Below are positions 38,476-51,299 of a DNA stretch of 64,000 nucleotides, one piece after another (position 1 is the first letter of the stretch; every line of letters begins with the position of its first letter). Position numbers and translations under genes: made by a program. The stretch is from Octopus vulgaris. Lineage: Eukaryota. The notes below the pieces were generated by a model. That model did not search any database. It was not told the DNA's origin and was given only the letters and a program-made list of their open reading frames with translations. Where the stretch lies: positions 23,808,001-23,872,000 of the forward strand of contig OX597815.1 in the NCBI GenBank assembly GCA_951406725.2, given 5' to 3'.

Positions 38476-39500
38476 TCCATAGCATTCAGAGAAAAGTGTA
38501 AAAGTGTTAGGAATCAGCCTTACACCGATAGTTGTTAGCAACTGCCAAACTGAAGGGGTAAAAAAAAAAAAAAATTAAATATATAGAGAAAATATAATTA
38601 AAAGCAGTTTAAAAGATTGTTGTTGAGGAAAAAATCAAAAACATGAAGGAAAAAAAAATGTCAGTCAGAGTATATAAAAATAAAATTAGGTAACAGCAGG
38701 CCTCGCTGTGCTGACGGACTTAGCTTCTGGTAACTCTATCGAACAGTTTGGAGAGGAAAATGCCGTAGAAGTGTGAAGGTTTTTTTTCCCTCCTCTTCTG
38801 CTCCGATCGGTCAGTCTCTTGCTTTTTAACTGGTTTCTCTAGCAAGAAACTTGACTTCGACGAGAGCAGAACAGAAAGGAACAACAACAAAAAGAGAATG
38901 TATAAGAGTGAGTGCGATTATGGACAAGAGTAGAAAGAATGTGATGTAGAAGTGAAGAGAGAGGAGGAGGAGGAGTGAAAGGTAAGAAAGAAGGAGGTCA
39001 ATAAGGGAAACGGAGAAAAGAAAAGTAACAATCGGAGAGGGAGAGAGAGAAACACAGAGAGAGAAAGAGAGAGAAGTAGTGAGGGAATGATAGAGTGTTG
39101 AGGGGGAAAGAGAGAGACGAGGAGAGAGAGAGAGAGAAGAATTGTCAAATAGATATTGACGGAGAATTTTAGTGTAGAGAGTGAGTGCGATGGAAAAAGT
39201 AAGTAATAATACATTTAGCGAATCTGTAAAAAACAGCGCAGGAATTAATCAAGGATAAGAAAAGTATACGAGGTTGAGGTAGAGAAGAAGAGGGAGGAAC
39301 TCGAAAGAGAGGTAACATAAAAAGGTAAAGGACCGTAAGGGGAAAGGTTGATAACGTTTGTTAATAGTGCACTGTGAAAAGGCGGGGGGGAGAGAAGGAG
39401 TGGTGAGAAGAATGCAGTGATAGATGTAGAGGAGTGGTGGATGCGGCAGTGTGAGGAAGGGGAGGTGTGAAGGGACAGAAATAGGTGGAGAAAAACTGGA

Positions 39501-39510
39501 GTCACGTGAC
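39501..39510. promoter_or_regulatory. Palindromic extended E-box GTCACGTGAC (USF or MiT/TFE CLEAR consensus)
   Basis: Exact 10-mer about 200 bp upstream of the SAM gene ATG, in unique sequence. Confidence 0.65.
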
Positions 39511-39711
39511 AGGCAGCCATTATGTTAAGCTCACGGAATGAAGGTCTGGCCAACGAAACTGGAGGGCCGAACTTTAAGCCTTACTTGAAAAAAAACTGAA
39601 ACAAAAAACATTGAGAATATAAATAAATAACCAGAGCGGGGGTTTATCTTTCCCCCCCGCCGCCAAACGATTCTTCCTGGCAAATAAATAATAAAAAAAA
39701 AAAAATAAATT

Positions 39712-39804
39712 ATGCCCGGACCCGTGGAAAGATGGCTTGAAACGTTTATGTGCAAGCAATACGCGGATACTTTTGAAGCTTATGGATTTAAAACGCTGCA
39801 GTCT
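39712..39804 (+). CDS. SAM-domain protein, first coding exon (MPGPVERWLETFMCKQYADTFEAYGFKTLQS)
   Basis: ATG at 39712, SAM N-terminal pattern V-xx-WL-xxxxxxx-Y-xxx-F-xxx-GF, and a canonical GTAAGT donor at 39805 (phase 0). Confidence 0.88.
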
Positions 39805-41644
39805 GTAAGTACATAGAGCAAGTGTATCTCTGGATAGATATGTAAATGTTTTGTTCAATAGAGAAAATATTTCTTAGTAGTTTCTAACGAAAAAATAATA
39901 AGCTGTCGATGTATATATATATATGTGTGTGGTGACGGCTGCTAGGGTCAGAGGAGGCGCCACAACAATCTTTTTACTAGTTCGTATGATGTCTTGTTAT
40001 CCCCTTTTTTTATATGCTGACACTAAACCCCCTTTCGTCGCTGCTTTTCACCACCAAACAAACCCCCTGCGAAATATTTTTTCATTTACGTCGACTCTAT
40101 AGCGAAACTAATAAAGTGTGTATTTTATTCGAATTTATTTATATATATATAAAAATGTAGGTAGTGGACTTCTGTGCTATCGACATCGTGGAACTTTCTG
40201 AGACAAGAACAAGAAAGAGCCTTTAAAAGAAGGTAACAAAACATCTGGACCTGAATTAAGCATAACCGCGAGTCGTTTTCGTAGCGCTGCTTCTAAAATA
40301 CTGACATTTTTTCCCCCACTTGTGTGTTTGGTGCTAGGCCTGAAACATAATACACCATTGAAGCAAATGTGGCAGTCTTTAGTTATGATATACTTTTTCT
40401 ATTGTGTCAATCTAATTGTAAGAAACGAAACGATCTTGTTCCTTTCAGAACCATCATCAGTCTAGCTTGATTCTCGTAATCTGTGCAGCTATGGTGGAAT
40501 TGATGCCTGTTACATTATAGATGTGTCTCTTACTCTCTCTATCTATCTGTAGTTAGTACATTATCTTTTTTTTTCCTTCTCTCTCTCCCTCTATCTCTCT
40601 ATCTCTCTCTCTCCTCCCCACCTTTCCATATATCTCTCTCTCTACCTTATTTATTAAATTCGAAGTAATTATTATTGTAATCAGCAATTATTTACTTAAG
40701 GGTTCTTTCTTCTCTCAGCACGAAGTCCGTCGTCGTCGTCTAAGTAAGTAGCAGAGAGAAACAATTTAACTTCCAATAAAAACATTGTTGACCGGCATTG
40801 GGTGTTCGATTTTTTTTTATCTCTCTCTCTCCCCCTCCCCCCCCCATCGCATATATATCGATCACAATAATGTCTTACAACATAACTGCTATGTTTTCTT
40901 CTCCCAAGATTTCAACTCGATTTTTAAAGTAGCCTATTACGAACCGCGATCTAAACATATACGCGCGCGCGCACGCACGCACACATAACATTTGTGTATG
41001 TGTGTGTGTTTATTGATCCGTGGTGTTGGTAATTCCACATTGAAGCTTCGATGAAAGTGTCTCATTCGGTAAATACTCCATCACATCCCCCCCCCACCCA
41101 ACCAGTCGCTCTGTTGTCGTCGCAATCTCTTATTCTCTCTCTCTCTCTCTCTGTTCTCGCTATGTGCCAGTATTGTATACTGGAGACTGGATGAGGTGGG
41201 GAGACCCTCCACTTACTACTACGATGTAGTAGTAACCATTAAGCGGCTATCTGCAACATTTCCGAATCTAGCTTCACTGCAGAGAGGTCCCAAGGACATT
41301 GCCGACGATTTGCACAAGTTTATTTATTCCTTGTGTCCGTCTCTGCTCTATTTACCATACTTCGATTTTCATTGACAGTGGTCTTTCTTTTTTATATACG
41401 ATTTGGGATGCAATAATGCATGTGCCATTGAATAAGTAGTTACTCTCACTTCCTGCTAGTAGTGTTGTGTAGCGGAATAAGAAGTAGCTTTTCTCTCTCT
41501 AACATTGTATATATATATATAAATATATATGAACGTTTTTTTTCTCAATTTTTAGACCACGTTCGATTGATGTGCATAAACCTATGGTCGTTTGTTTTTG
41601 TTCTTTTATAATGTTGCTATATGAATAATGTATCTTCTCGACAG

Positions 41645-41747
41645 GTATGTCAGCTTCAACTCCACCAGCTGCAAGGAATGGGTGTTGCCCAAGAACACTG
41701 TGAAAAGATACTGGAAAATGTTCATGTACTCAGACAGACTTTAATAG
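41645..41747 (+). CDS. SAM-domain protein, second coding exon (VCQLQLHQLQGMGVAQEHCEKILENVHVLRQTLI)
   Basis: TCTTCTCGACAG acceptor and GTAAGC donor (phase 1), in frame with exon 1. L-xx-MGV-xxx-H-xx-KIL-xx-V matches SAM helices 4-5 as in Eph-type SAM domains. Confidence 0.9.
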
Positions 41748-43089
41748 GTAAGCGGTACCAACTTAAAAAACAAAAAAGTATACAAGATGCTACTACAGTC
41801 TTTTTTTAAAAGATTCATAATATATATAAATTTAAAGGCTGACTTAATAGCTGTACCGTTGGGCTTGATAAACTTGTTGATCAAAATCTAGCGGCGGTAT
41901 TTAAAACAACATAACGTTCATAGATAGCTTCCTATTCAAAATTCGTGGACCCATTCGTGATAAGCTATTGTTTATAATTTTACTTCCATAGATTGAACAA
42001 TAACATGTAAGGCTGGACTGAATTACTTCGTCTCCTAGCAACTGCTAAACTGTAATTACAGTAGAATATATACCTGCAACTTGCCAGTGCACATGGCTAC
42101 TTAAAAGTGTTTTTTTTTTTTTTCCTACCCCCCATCCGAATTATCAGTTAAACTTGATTTTCTTTATAAATAGCATTACCATTTCTTTCTCTAGCCACAA
42201 TATCGATTGATTTAGTATTCTAACTACTAACCATTTATTTTCTTGATTCATTTCATAAAAACACTGCATGCTTCTTTCAACTCATCTTGAACATTTATTT
42301 TTATCAAATGAATTGTTAAGATGAATTTATTTCCTCTCAGAATGCTCTGGTAACCAAACCATTTTCAGTTTCTATATTATTTAGCATGATGAGAGTGCTT
42401 CTTTTGCTCTGTGGTTTCCAACAAAGCTTTTTAGCAACACAGATTTATATGCGACATAGCTGATGTTTAGCTGATGTGTGCATTGTTTCAGCCTCCTCGA
42501 CATAAACCACTCATCTACATCTTTTTTTCTTCTTCAAGGAACAAAATATTCTTTCTGAGTATGCTTAAATGAAATTCCTGGTAGTTATTGGAAAGTTAAA
42601 AACATTATTCATTAAAACAAATATATTTTTCACATTTGTTGCTCCATGGGTTGTATAGTTTTGCAAATTCCTGATTACAATAGTTTCTGAAGTAACTGTT
42701 CTATAATTTGGTACCGTTTCCAATATCTGTTCATCCATGAAGCAGAAACTGTACCAATTTTAAGTTGGTGTACAGTTTAGAGTTATACCATCCACTTTGC
42801 TAGTCCAGACAGATCTAAACTAGACATTAAGCTTAACTACAAACCATTTCTTTTCTGCTTTTTGTTACTAAACGGCTAAAGTTTATTTTAAAATGTTGCT
42901 AAATACAAAAGACTATATTTAAACAACAACTAACTCCATACTACTTAAAAGCATTTTTGAAATATTTTTTGGCTGTACATGACAAATATTTCAGCTAAAA
43001 ATATGTAATGTCGTTGACAAATTGATATTCGAAAGGACAAATTTAATTTTTTGTTTGAAATTTATTTTTCATAAACATGGCCTTTTTTC

Positions 43090-43660
43090 AGGCTTGTGGA
43101 ACCAGTGTTATAGTGCTGTGTACCAAACTCTTTTATATGAAATGGTGCTTGTAGCTGTCCAGTTAGTGAGTAATCTGCTTCATCTTGGTGAAGAGGATAC
43201 ACTATCAAGACTCCTGTTTCAGTTTGGTTTCCATGCCTATCACTCATGATCATGAATGTTAGGTAATGACAAGAAGAGTATGATTGCAAACACTAGGAAC
43301 CAAAATGGGCTTTTTCTAAAGGATCTCTGGAGTAATGTTACTCAACAGGGTGTATGGTTTGGGGATCAGAGTTTCTCCAGTTTGAGCTGCTACTATAGAC
43401 ATATGATTACAATGTTACAGGAAAGGATCACAAGATGGATTCTTCAAGTGAGGCCAACCAGCCGGAGACCTAGAGGTAGACCAAGAATGGGATAGTTGGG
43501 ATAATATCCATAATCTCAGTTGGCCACACTTGGGAATCCATCAAGAAAATGTAATGATGGTTACTTCTGATTAGACCCTATGAAGGAGGTGCCTGAGGAC
43601 TCCTACCCCCATGACCATTCCAGGAACAGAGAACAGAGAAACTGGATGGACAGATGGTTC
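43090..43660 (+). mobile_element. Decayed RTE LINE 3' end
   Basis: ERITRWILQVRPTSRRPRGRPRMG resembles the RTE C-terminal RxRGRP motif; GGAT-like tail. Confidence 0.7.
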
Positions 43661-44892
43661 TTGGTTTGTCAGAATATATCATGCTGCAGGAAGGTAATCA
43701 ATTTAACATACAACAGTTTTGCAAACTGAAAATAGATATTATACCTTCTCTGGGAAAGTTATTTGCAGTAGATCAGTAGTTTATCCAAAAGAATAGTTTT
43801 GTTTCCTTCACCTCATGTTATAGGAATCTGACTTGAACACTGGGTTCTTGAAGCTTAAGTGGTCATAAAAAAATCTAACTTTTATTTTCTAATTAGCCCA
43901 TAAGTAAAAATTAACAACTATGCTCACCATATCCAGCCTATACTTCTCTCTTCTCCCCATCACCTGTTGGATGTAGCAAGGGTTCTTAGCACCCAAGGTA
44001 GAACCATTTTAGAGACCCTGCCTTAATTAACAAACATCAATCAAGAAATTTTATATCCCTTCTATTTGCTACACCTTTGCTCATTTCTAAACAAGGTTTA
44101 TCCTCTCTCTAAGAGTTAAATTCATTTTTCTGTATAATGAAGACCTTTTTTTAATGATTTGTTGGGAGTTTCTATTGCTGCATTTATCTGTCCCTTCCAT
44201 GTACTATTAGTCCTCTTTCAAATGGTGTATTAACTGTTTTTCAACTATAGGCACAACAAAATAGATGTAGCTGTGTAATCAAAGAATAGTATGAATAATT
44301 TGTAATCCCATGGTAGTGTGATAGTTTTTTTATTTAAAAATGTTAGTACCTCATTCAAACTATCCTAAGTATTAGCTGTAACTTCTGATATGTTGTGACC
44401 AGTAATTTTTATCATAAAATGTTCTATCCTAGATTATAAGTTATTATTAGTTGATATTTATTTTTTCTACTTTGCCCCTAATGCATACACTAGCTAGTTT
44501 ACTTTGTGCAGAGCTATAATTCATATGAAGAAAAGAAATCATTCTTATTTGATTCTTTGTATTGCAGTCCAACATCTTATCAAGTATATTTTACCAGTTA
44601 TAGTTGTATAAATTTTAAAATACAATTTCAGCAATTTATATACTTATAAAATACATTTTTATGGAAGGTTGATTTTTCATCATCATCATCATCATCATCA
44701 TCGTTTAACGTCCGTTCTCCATGCTAGCATGGGTTGGACGGTTCGACCGGGGATCTGGGAAGCCAGAAGGCTGCACCAGGCTCCAGTCTTATCTGGCAAT
44801 GTTTCTACAGCTGGATGCCCTTCCTAACGCCAACCACTCCTTGAGTGTAGTGGGTGCTTTTTGTGGAAAAAGTAACTCAGTTTTACTATATA

Positions 44893-45290
44893 CTAGCAGT
44901 ATCGCCCGGCGTTGCTCGGATTTGTTTTGACCCTTTAGAATTGGAATTTTTGAAAAGTAAAACTTTTGCATTATGTAGCTTGTTATTCTCTTTAAGTGAA
45001 CATTTTTTTGGTTGAAATACACCGAAAAATGGCGACACAGCAGTCAAAAGATCGTAAAAAATAGGGATTTTCATAGAAAAAAAAGCACCTTTTTGATGTA
45101 AATAATTTTTGGTGTTAACATGGTCCGATTTGATTTAAATTTTTTCTTCTACAGAAGAAAGAGCAAGCCTTCTTCTATCATACTCTCAATTTTGGTCAAC
45201 TTGCGCCGCAGTGTCTTGGAGGAGATAGTGTTAGTTGAAGGCTACCAAACCTGCTATACATAGACAACTTCAGCTTTATATATAGAGAGA
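44893..45290 (-). mobile_element. Non-autonomous Helitron
   Basis: - strand 5' TCTCTCTATATATAAAGCTGAAGTTG and 3' CCGAGCAACGCCGGGCGATACTGCTAG|T. Confidence 0.82.
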
Positions 45291-45492
45291 TTTATTATAT
45301 TGGATATTTCTTGTACATAAGAATTATCTTTTGTTAATTATTTAAGTTCCCTTGTTTATGAACCCTTCACTCATAGGCTAACATTACCACTTCAGTGTGA
45401 TTATATATAAAGTTCACAAACATAGATTGCATTGCAAATTAAAAGAGAAAAATGTGTACATGTGTGTGTGTAAAATGTAAAAATTACAATAA

Positions 45493-45805
45493 CATCATCA
45501 TCATCGTTTAGTGTCCGCTTTCCATGCTAGCATGGGTTGGACGGTTCAACTGGGGTCTGGGAAGCCAGGAGGCTGCACCAGGCTCCAGTCTGATCAGGCA
45601 ATGTTTCTACGGCTGGATGCCCTTCCTAACGCCAACCACTCTGTGAGTTTAGTGGGTGCATTTTACGTGCCACCGGCACAGATGCCAGATGAGGCTGGCA
45701 AACGGCCACGATCGGATGGTGCTTTTTATGTGCCACCGTCAGGGGGGCCAGGCGAGGCTGGCAACGGCCATGAACAGATGGTGCTTTTTACGTGCCACCA
45801 GCACT
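45493..45805 (-). mobile_element. Family B element with three 5' monomers
   Basis: (GAT)n tail, conserved body and three modules. Confidence 0.85.
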
Positions 45806-47749
45806 AATACATATAAACATATCAGTACATACACACCATTCATAGAAGATGACTGTTAAACTGTGTGGTTCTCTAAGAGAAATAAACAGTTTTAGTGCCT
45901 AAGTGTGTTCGTTATACTTCTCAGATGTCAATAAGGTAAACAACTTTTTGTTGGATGAGTTGATGTTTCTGATGCTGTTGAGTGTGCATCTTGCAAAAAC
46001 ACACAAAACATTTCTAGTAGTTAGTGATCGATTAATTATTTACATAATGCATGTTTGTCAAATATTTATATCTACATCCATTTTTGTTTTTGTCACTTAA
46101 AATCTATTATTAAATGGTGTTGTGCCATGCTTTTAGTAAGAGGCTGAAAAGTTTCTGCTTCATATTTGTGGTAAAAGGGCAGAACTATTCAGTGGCAGAA
46201 AACCGAAATTTATTATTTGGTTTATAATTCTGAGGCTGACTTCTTTCAAAAAGATGATAATATAAGGCAAGCCTGGATATGTTGTTGTCTTAAGTTAAAT
46301 CAGAAATGGATATTATGTCCTAAAACATATTAATTTACTGGTTTCAGGTATTGGATTGCAGCCATGCAAGAGCATTGACTCCAGGTGTTAAGTCAATCAT
46401 ATTGACCTCAGTACTTATTTCAGTCTTGCATTTATTTTATTCAACTCTATTATTTGTTGAACAGCTAAGTCACAGGACACAAAATACCACAACATAAACA
46501 CAAATACAGACTCATATTGTCATTGTCATTTTAAGTCTACTGTTCCATACTAGCATGGATCAGATGAGGCAAATTTTCTATGACCTGATGCCTTTCTTGT
46601 CACCAACTCTCACCTGTTTTCAAACAAGGTAATTTTTTCCCCATGACTAGGTATGTTTTTCATGGATGATTGAAAATAAACCTCTCTTCTTTTGTAGTGA
46701 CACTTGTTTACAAATATCACATAATGTCAAACATCATATGATATTTGTAAACAAGCCTCACTATCAAAAATACACACACATATTCAATATATATATATAT
46801 ATATATATATATAGGGAGAGAGAGAGACATGTATCTTTGTATGTATGTATATATGCATATATATTTCTGTCTACCAATCCTCTCACAAGGTTTTGTTTGG
46901 CTTGAGGCCTTAGAAGACACTCATTGTTCTGTGTTGTGTGATTGAACTCAGACCACATGTTTTCAAAGCAAGCCTCTTAACTACACAGTCATGGCTGAAT
47001 TCATATAATACTCCAGGAATGTATGCAAATATCTAGATTTGTAGTTAGTCAACCTATTCAAAACCAGGAAAATTTACCACATATAGGAAATATTAAAACT
47101 AGTTTTGTTCTAATATTCTGTTTGTAGTAAATTCCTTTCGAGCTACTTCAGTGCAGCCAAAGTTGGTATATTCAGAAAGCATATTGACTGAGATGGTGCC
47201 AAGTTCCTATTATTTTGCTTCAAAAGAAACTGCAGCAATTAAAGCTGGTCAGATGATATCTTGTATACCCTACACTAAAAGCAGTGTAATGTTACTATCA
47301 TGTATAATACTGACACAATAGGTATTTGTTTTAAATACACATGTATATTATGAAGTTACTTTGCTTAATGTCTTTTCATACACATACATTAGCACTTAGG
47401 AATAATATGTACTTTCATGTAGTCGTGCAATCTACAAGAAATAGTAGCCAAATTTCCTTCAAATCACACATTACATACTTTAGTATGTAATGAATACATT
47501 GCCTCTAAAAATAGTACATTTGCAGCTAAACTCCTTTGATCATAGATCTTCTTGATCAGGAATTAAACCACTTGTATTTCAAACTTTAAAATCCATGACT
47601 CTCTTGTGAATTTTTACTTGATAGCTTATTAAGCTCTGACTCAAAGCTATAATTTATGCTTATTATTAAGTAACAAGTATTCATCAAATGTATTTAAATT
47701 TATTGATTGTATTTCACATATAAGACAGAACAGGACTTCATCTTTAATA

Positions 47750-48400
47750 TCTGCTTCTCCAGGTTGCTGTGAGTTGGAATGTCTATAGTCAACATATCAT
47801 CGGTCATCTTGGTCTTCTGTCACCTTTTCTGTGGGGTCCAGTATCCAGAGAGCTCACTAGTTCTTTTTACATCTTTCCTGGTTTACTTCCTCTTTCCTCC
47901 ACTGTTGCCCTCCACTGCTATGACACACACACACAGTGTTAATTTAGCTCTCATCATTTATTTGCATCTCATTGTTATATCAATGCATTTGGTCCCTTTG
48001 TCTGATTTTCTTTTTATGTGTGCTCCTACTACTGACTGCTTCTGTGTATTGAAACATCTGAAATTCTGGTTCTGTGCAGCCTGCTAAAGATCCAACTGCA
48101 CCTTTTGTATACCCATTGTTTGCATTGAGTACACAGTATCAAATTTCTATATACTTCCTCTCTACAATTCAAACATGTCAACTTCCTAAAAGTCATTGAG
48201 ATTTTGTACTTTCTGTTATTAATTTGCACTTTGGTCTCAGCAATGTTGACCTTTTAGCTTTTGGATTCTAGATCTTACATCCAAGTTTGGAACTTTTACT
48301 GCAACCCAACAGATTTTAATACAAGAACCAGCTGATTAGCTCATAAGAGTTTATAAGCACAACCAGCCCTTAAGTATTGTGTTATAGGTTTTTAAGAACT
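47750..48400 (-). mobile_element. Decayed RTE LINE fragment
   Basis: CLNCREEVYRNLILCTQCKQWVYKRCS is the Cys-rich RTE insert; related to about 32030-32300. Confidence 0.7.
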
Positions 48401-50159
48401 AGAAATAGAATGACGGTGGATACCTCAGCATTCATCAAACTACAGAGCAAGGAAACTTGTCAAAAGGCCGTTCCTGGTTAAAAAAATACTAAAATTTGTA
48501 TTTGTTTAAGCTAAGCATTTGCAGATGTTGCACTTGAAATACAACTGTAATCCTGCAATTTAGCACAAATTCATATGTCATCATATCGAAGCTAATTCTG
48601 TTCACAAGTCATCTTTCAGCATTACCTGATTAATTAAGAAAGAAACGAGTATATATCCAGCATAGCTTGAGACTTTCAACTATTCAGCAGTTACTTTAGA
48701 AGACTTGATGCTTTTCATACCTTTGAATCCTCAATAAACTGATGAAGTAGAACCAATACTGTATCCCCTGTTGGATCCACATAAAGTGATCCCTTACTAT
48801 CTCACTCAGCATTCAACATGTCATAGTAGCATTTATTTCTCGTTCCTTTAGCTGTAACTGAGGTCAAGTATACTTTTGGTTTTGGGTATACTTCTCTCTG
48901 ATTACAGCCTAAATGATATGAAAAAAAAATTACCCATCAAATCAGATCATTAGGAAACTTTTTTTCATTTTCTTTCCTAGTTAGATTCATCTAAAATTTT
49001 ACTTCTCATCTTGCTCTTTAATATTACTGCTGACACACAGCTTTTATAACCCTAGCTACTGTACTGTACTGCCACTTAGTTTTATAATCCTAGCTGCTGT
49101 ACTGATCCATTGTCAATCATTTCCTGCCTAGTTGGGTGTTACTCCATTCAGTGTTTTGCTAAAAGTTGTGTTAGGAATGCTTCACTGTTCTTTCTGCTTA
49201 CAGATTACAAGTGTATATTAAGGTTTTTCTATTTAACACATGCTGTATGTCATTTCTAAAAACCATCAATAGTAACTTTATGGTGTCAATTGAATTAAGT
49301 TTGATAAAAGATATAACTTATACACCATGTGAAGCACAGAAATTTTTACAAATATACACTTCAATTTATTCTTGTTTTCACAGAATATGCAAACTACCAC
49401 AAATTTATTTTGATTCTGTCTGTCTGTCTGTCTCTATCTCATATATATATATCACCTGAACCAGCCAGGCTGTCAGCTGCTTTGTTGGCTCTGCTGGCCA
49501 CAGCATTTGCTTCATTCCTCTCATGCTTTCCTCATTCTCTTCCACATTTTTCTTAAATCATATACATATATATATACATATGTTCATTCTCCTTTCACTC
49601 TTGTCTTTTCACTCTCACTATATTATATTGTTGTAACTAAGAAACATAGGAGAGCTTTCTCGTCACTGTATCATTCTTCAAGAAGGGCTTGGGATGTCCC
49701 TAGAATTATCTGACTCTCATCTTTCCAACACTCATCCTGTCTTCTCTCATCCTTATGACTCTAGCTTTCTCATCAATCTCAGTACTTACATGTATAAGGC
49801 ACCACATCAGATTCGCATGTGTTCTTTACACTCTACCATTACCTCTATACCTCCTTGGCCCCTTTTATTGACATCCAACATTCATTCTTACCATTTATCC
49901 ATTATTCTCATCCCAATTACACTGCTTTTCTCACCCATCCAGCCTTGTTCTTAAATTATTGCTGTTTTATTCACTTCCTCAGCCATGTAACACAACTGAA
50001 TGAACACATTATAGTGTTGCAGACTCTCCAATCAAATGAAGTATAAGGTATCCCTATTATTGCTCATACACTGTGAATTCACCTAAGCTGGACATTTTGT
50101 AAAGTGGTTGGCAAGGAAGTAGAGATGTGGGATCAAGGGGGCTCCTGTAGCCTTGTCAA

Positions 50160-50850
50160 GAATTTGCTTAAGTCTTTCGTTCACTACGGAGTTTAGGGCA
50201 TCAACAACTTTTCTCCACTGTTTTTGACTCTGGAGCTGTTCTTTCTGCTATTCTGCAGTTGGATCCCAGCTCTTTTGGCCTGGCATCTTCCTTTCAGATT
50301 TTGCAGCACTGTGTCTTATGTTGTTTTTTCATTGAGGGAAGGCCTTTCTCATCCAGCTCTTGTTAAATTTTGAATTGTCATTGATGTTTCTGTAACTTTG
50401 CTTTGTTTTTTCTAGGTAGGAGTGTTGGCCGTTTGCAAACCTACTTTTATCTCTTGGAAGAAAAGTGGTCCATAGTAATCTAGTTCTGTTGTTCTCAACT
50501 GGGATCCATATAAGATTTTGCTGTTAGAGGTTATGTGCAATACATTGAGTATGCTTCTACAGTACACAAAGTATTTTAACAATTTTTTATGCAATTCCTT
50601 TTAATATTCAATTATAGAAATATAATGAGATTTCTTAAACATCAAATGGCTATGAGGATCCACTAGAGTAAAGTAGGAATCATAGGAGTCCATTAGCAAA
50701 AAATGGTTGAAAACCTCTGATCTAGTCTCTGTCCTTTGAACAATCCGGCATGGGAGGCTCTACCGGGAGCTTGCACTTTGCCTGCCATATCTCTCAGGAT
50801 TGTTGAGGCTCACAAGCCACTGCAACAAGGTCTAGGCCAAGTGATGGCTT
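50160..50850 (-). mobile_element. Internally deleted RTE element interrupted by a hAT MITE
   Basis: RTE-like 3' end near 50160-50300. GGCATGGGAGGCTCTACC...CATATCTCTCAG near 50745-50830 resembles 20660-20710. Confidence 0.55.
50486..50719. mobile_element. Degenerate hAT (Charlie-like) MITE
   Basis: CTGTTGTTCTCAAC ... GTTGAAAACCTCTG ends with an 8-bp duplication ATCTAGTT/ATCTAGTC. Confidence 0.7.
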
Positions 50851-50919
50851 GTTGAGAATATAGCAACTTTTATGGTATTTGTGCCACAATAAAATGCACT
50901 CTCTGTGTGGTTTTAATGT

Positions 50920-50952
<33 letters not shown>

Positions 50953-51299
50953 ATGTATATATATGTGTGTGTGTGTGTATGTATATATATATATATATAT
51001 ATGTGTATATATATGTATATATATGTGTGTGTGTAGCTGTAGAAACTCTGCCAGATCAAGATTAAAGCCTGGTGTGGCCATCTGGTTCGCCAGCACTCAG
51101 TCAAAATCGCCCAACCCATGCTAGCATGGAAAGCGGACGTTAAACGATGATGATGATATATTTATATGTGTATATATATATGTGTGTATATATATGTGTG
51201 TATATACATTATATATACTCACATGGGAATTTATGCATGTTATATATTGGATGTGTATGTGATTAGTTTTCATGTAACTTGTATAGGTTTTTTTGACTT

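Noticed and set aside
41660-41715. UBA domain reading of LHQLQGMGVAQEHCEKIL
   Set aside because: The upstream exon supplies the SAM WL/Y/F/GF pattern, and H-x-x-KIL fits SAM better.
47763-47790. Alternative phase-1 exon 3 for the SAM gene
   Set aside because: It stops after eight codons and lies in an antisense RTE fragment.
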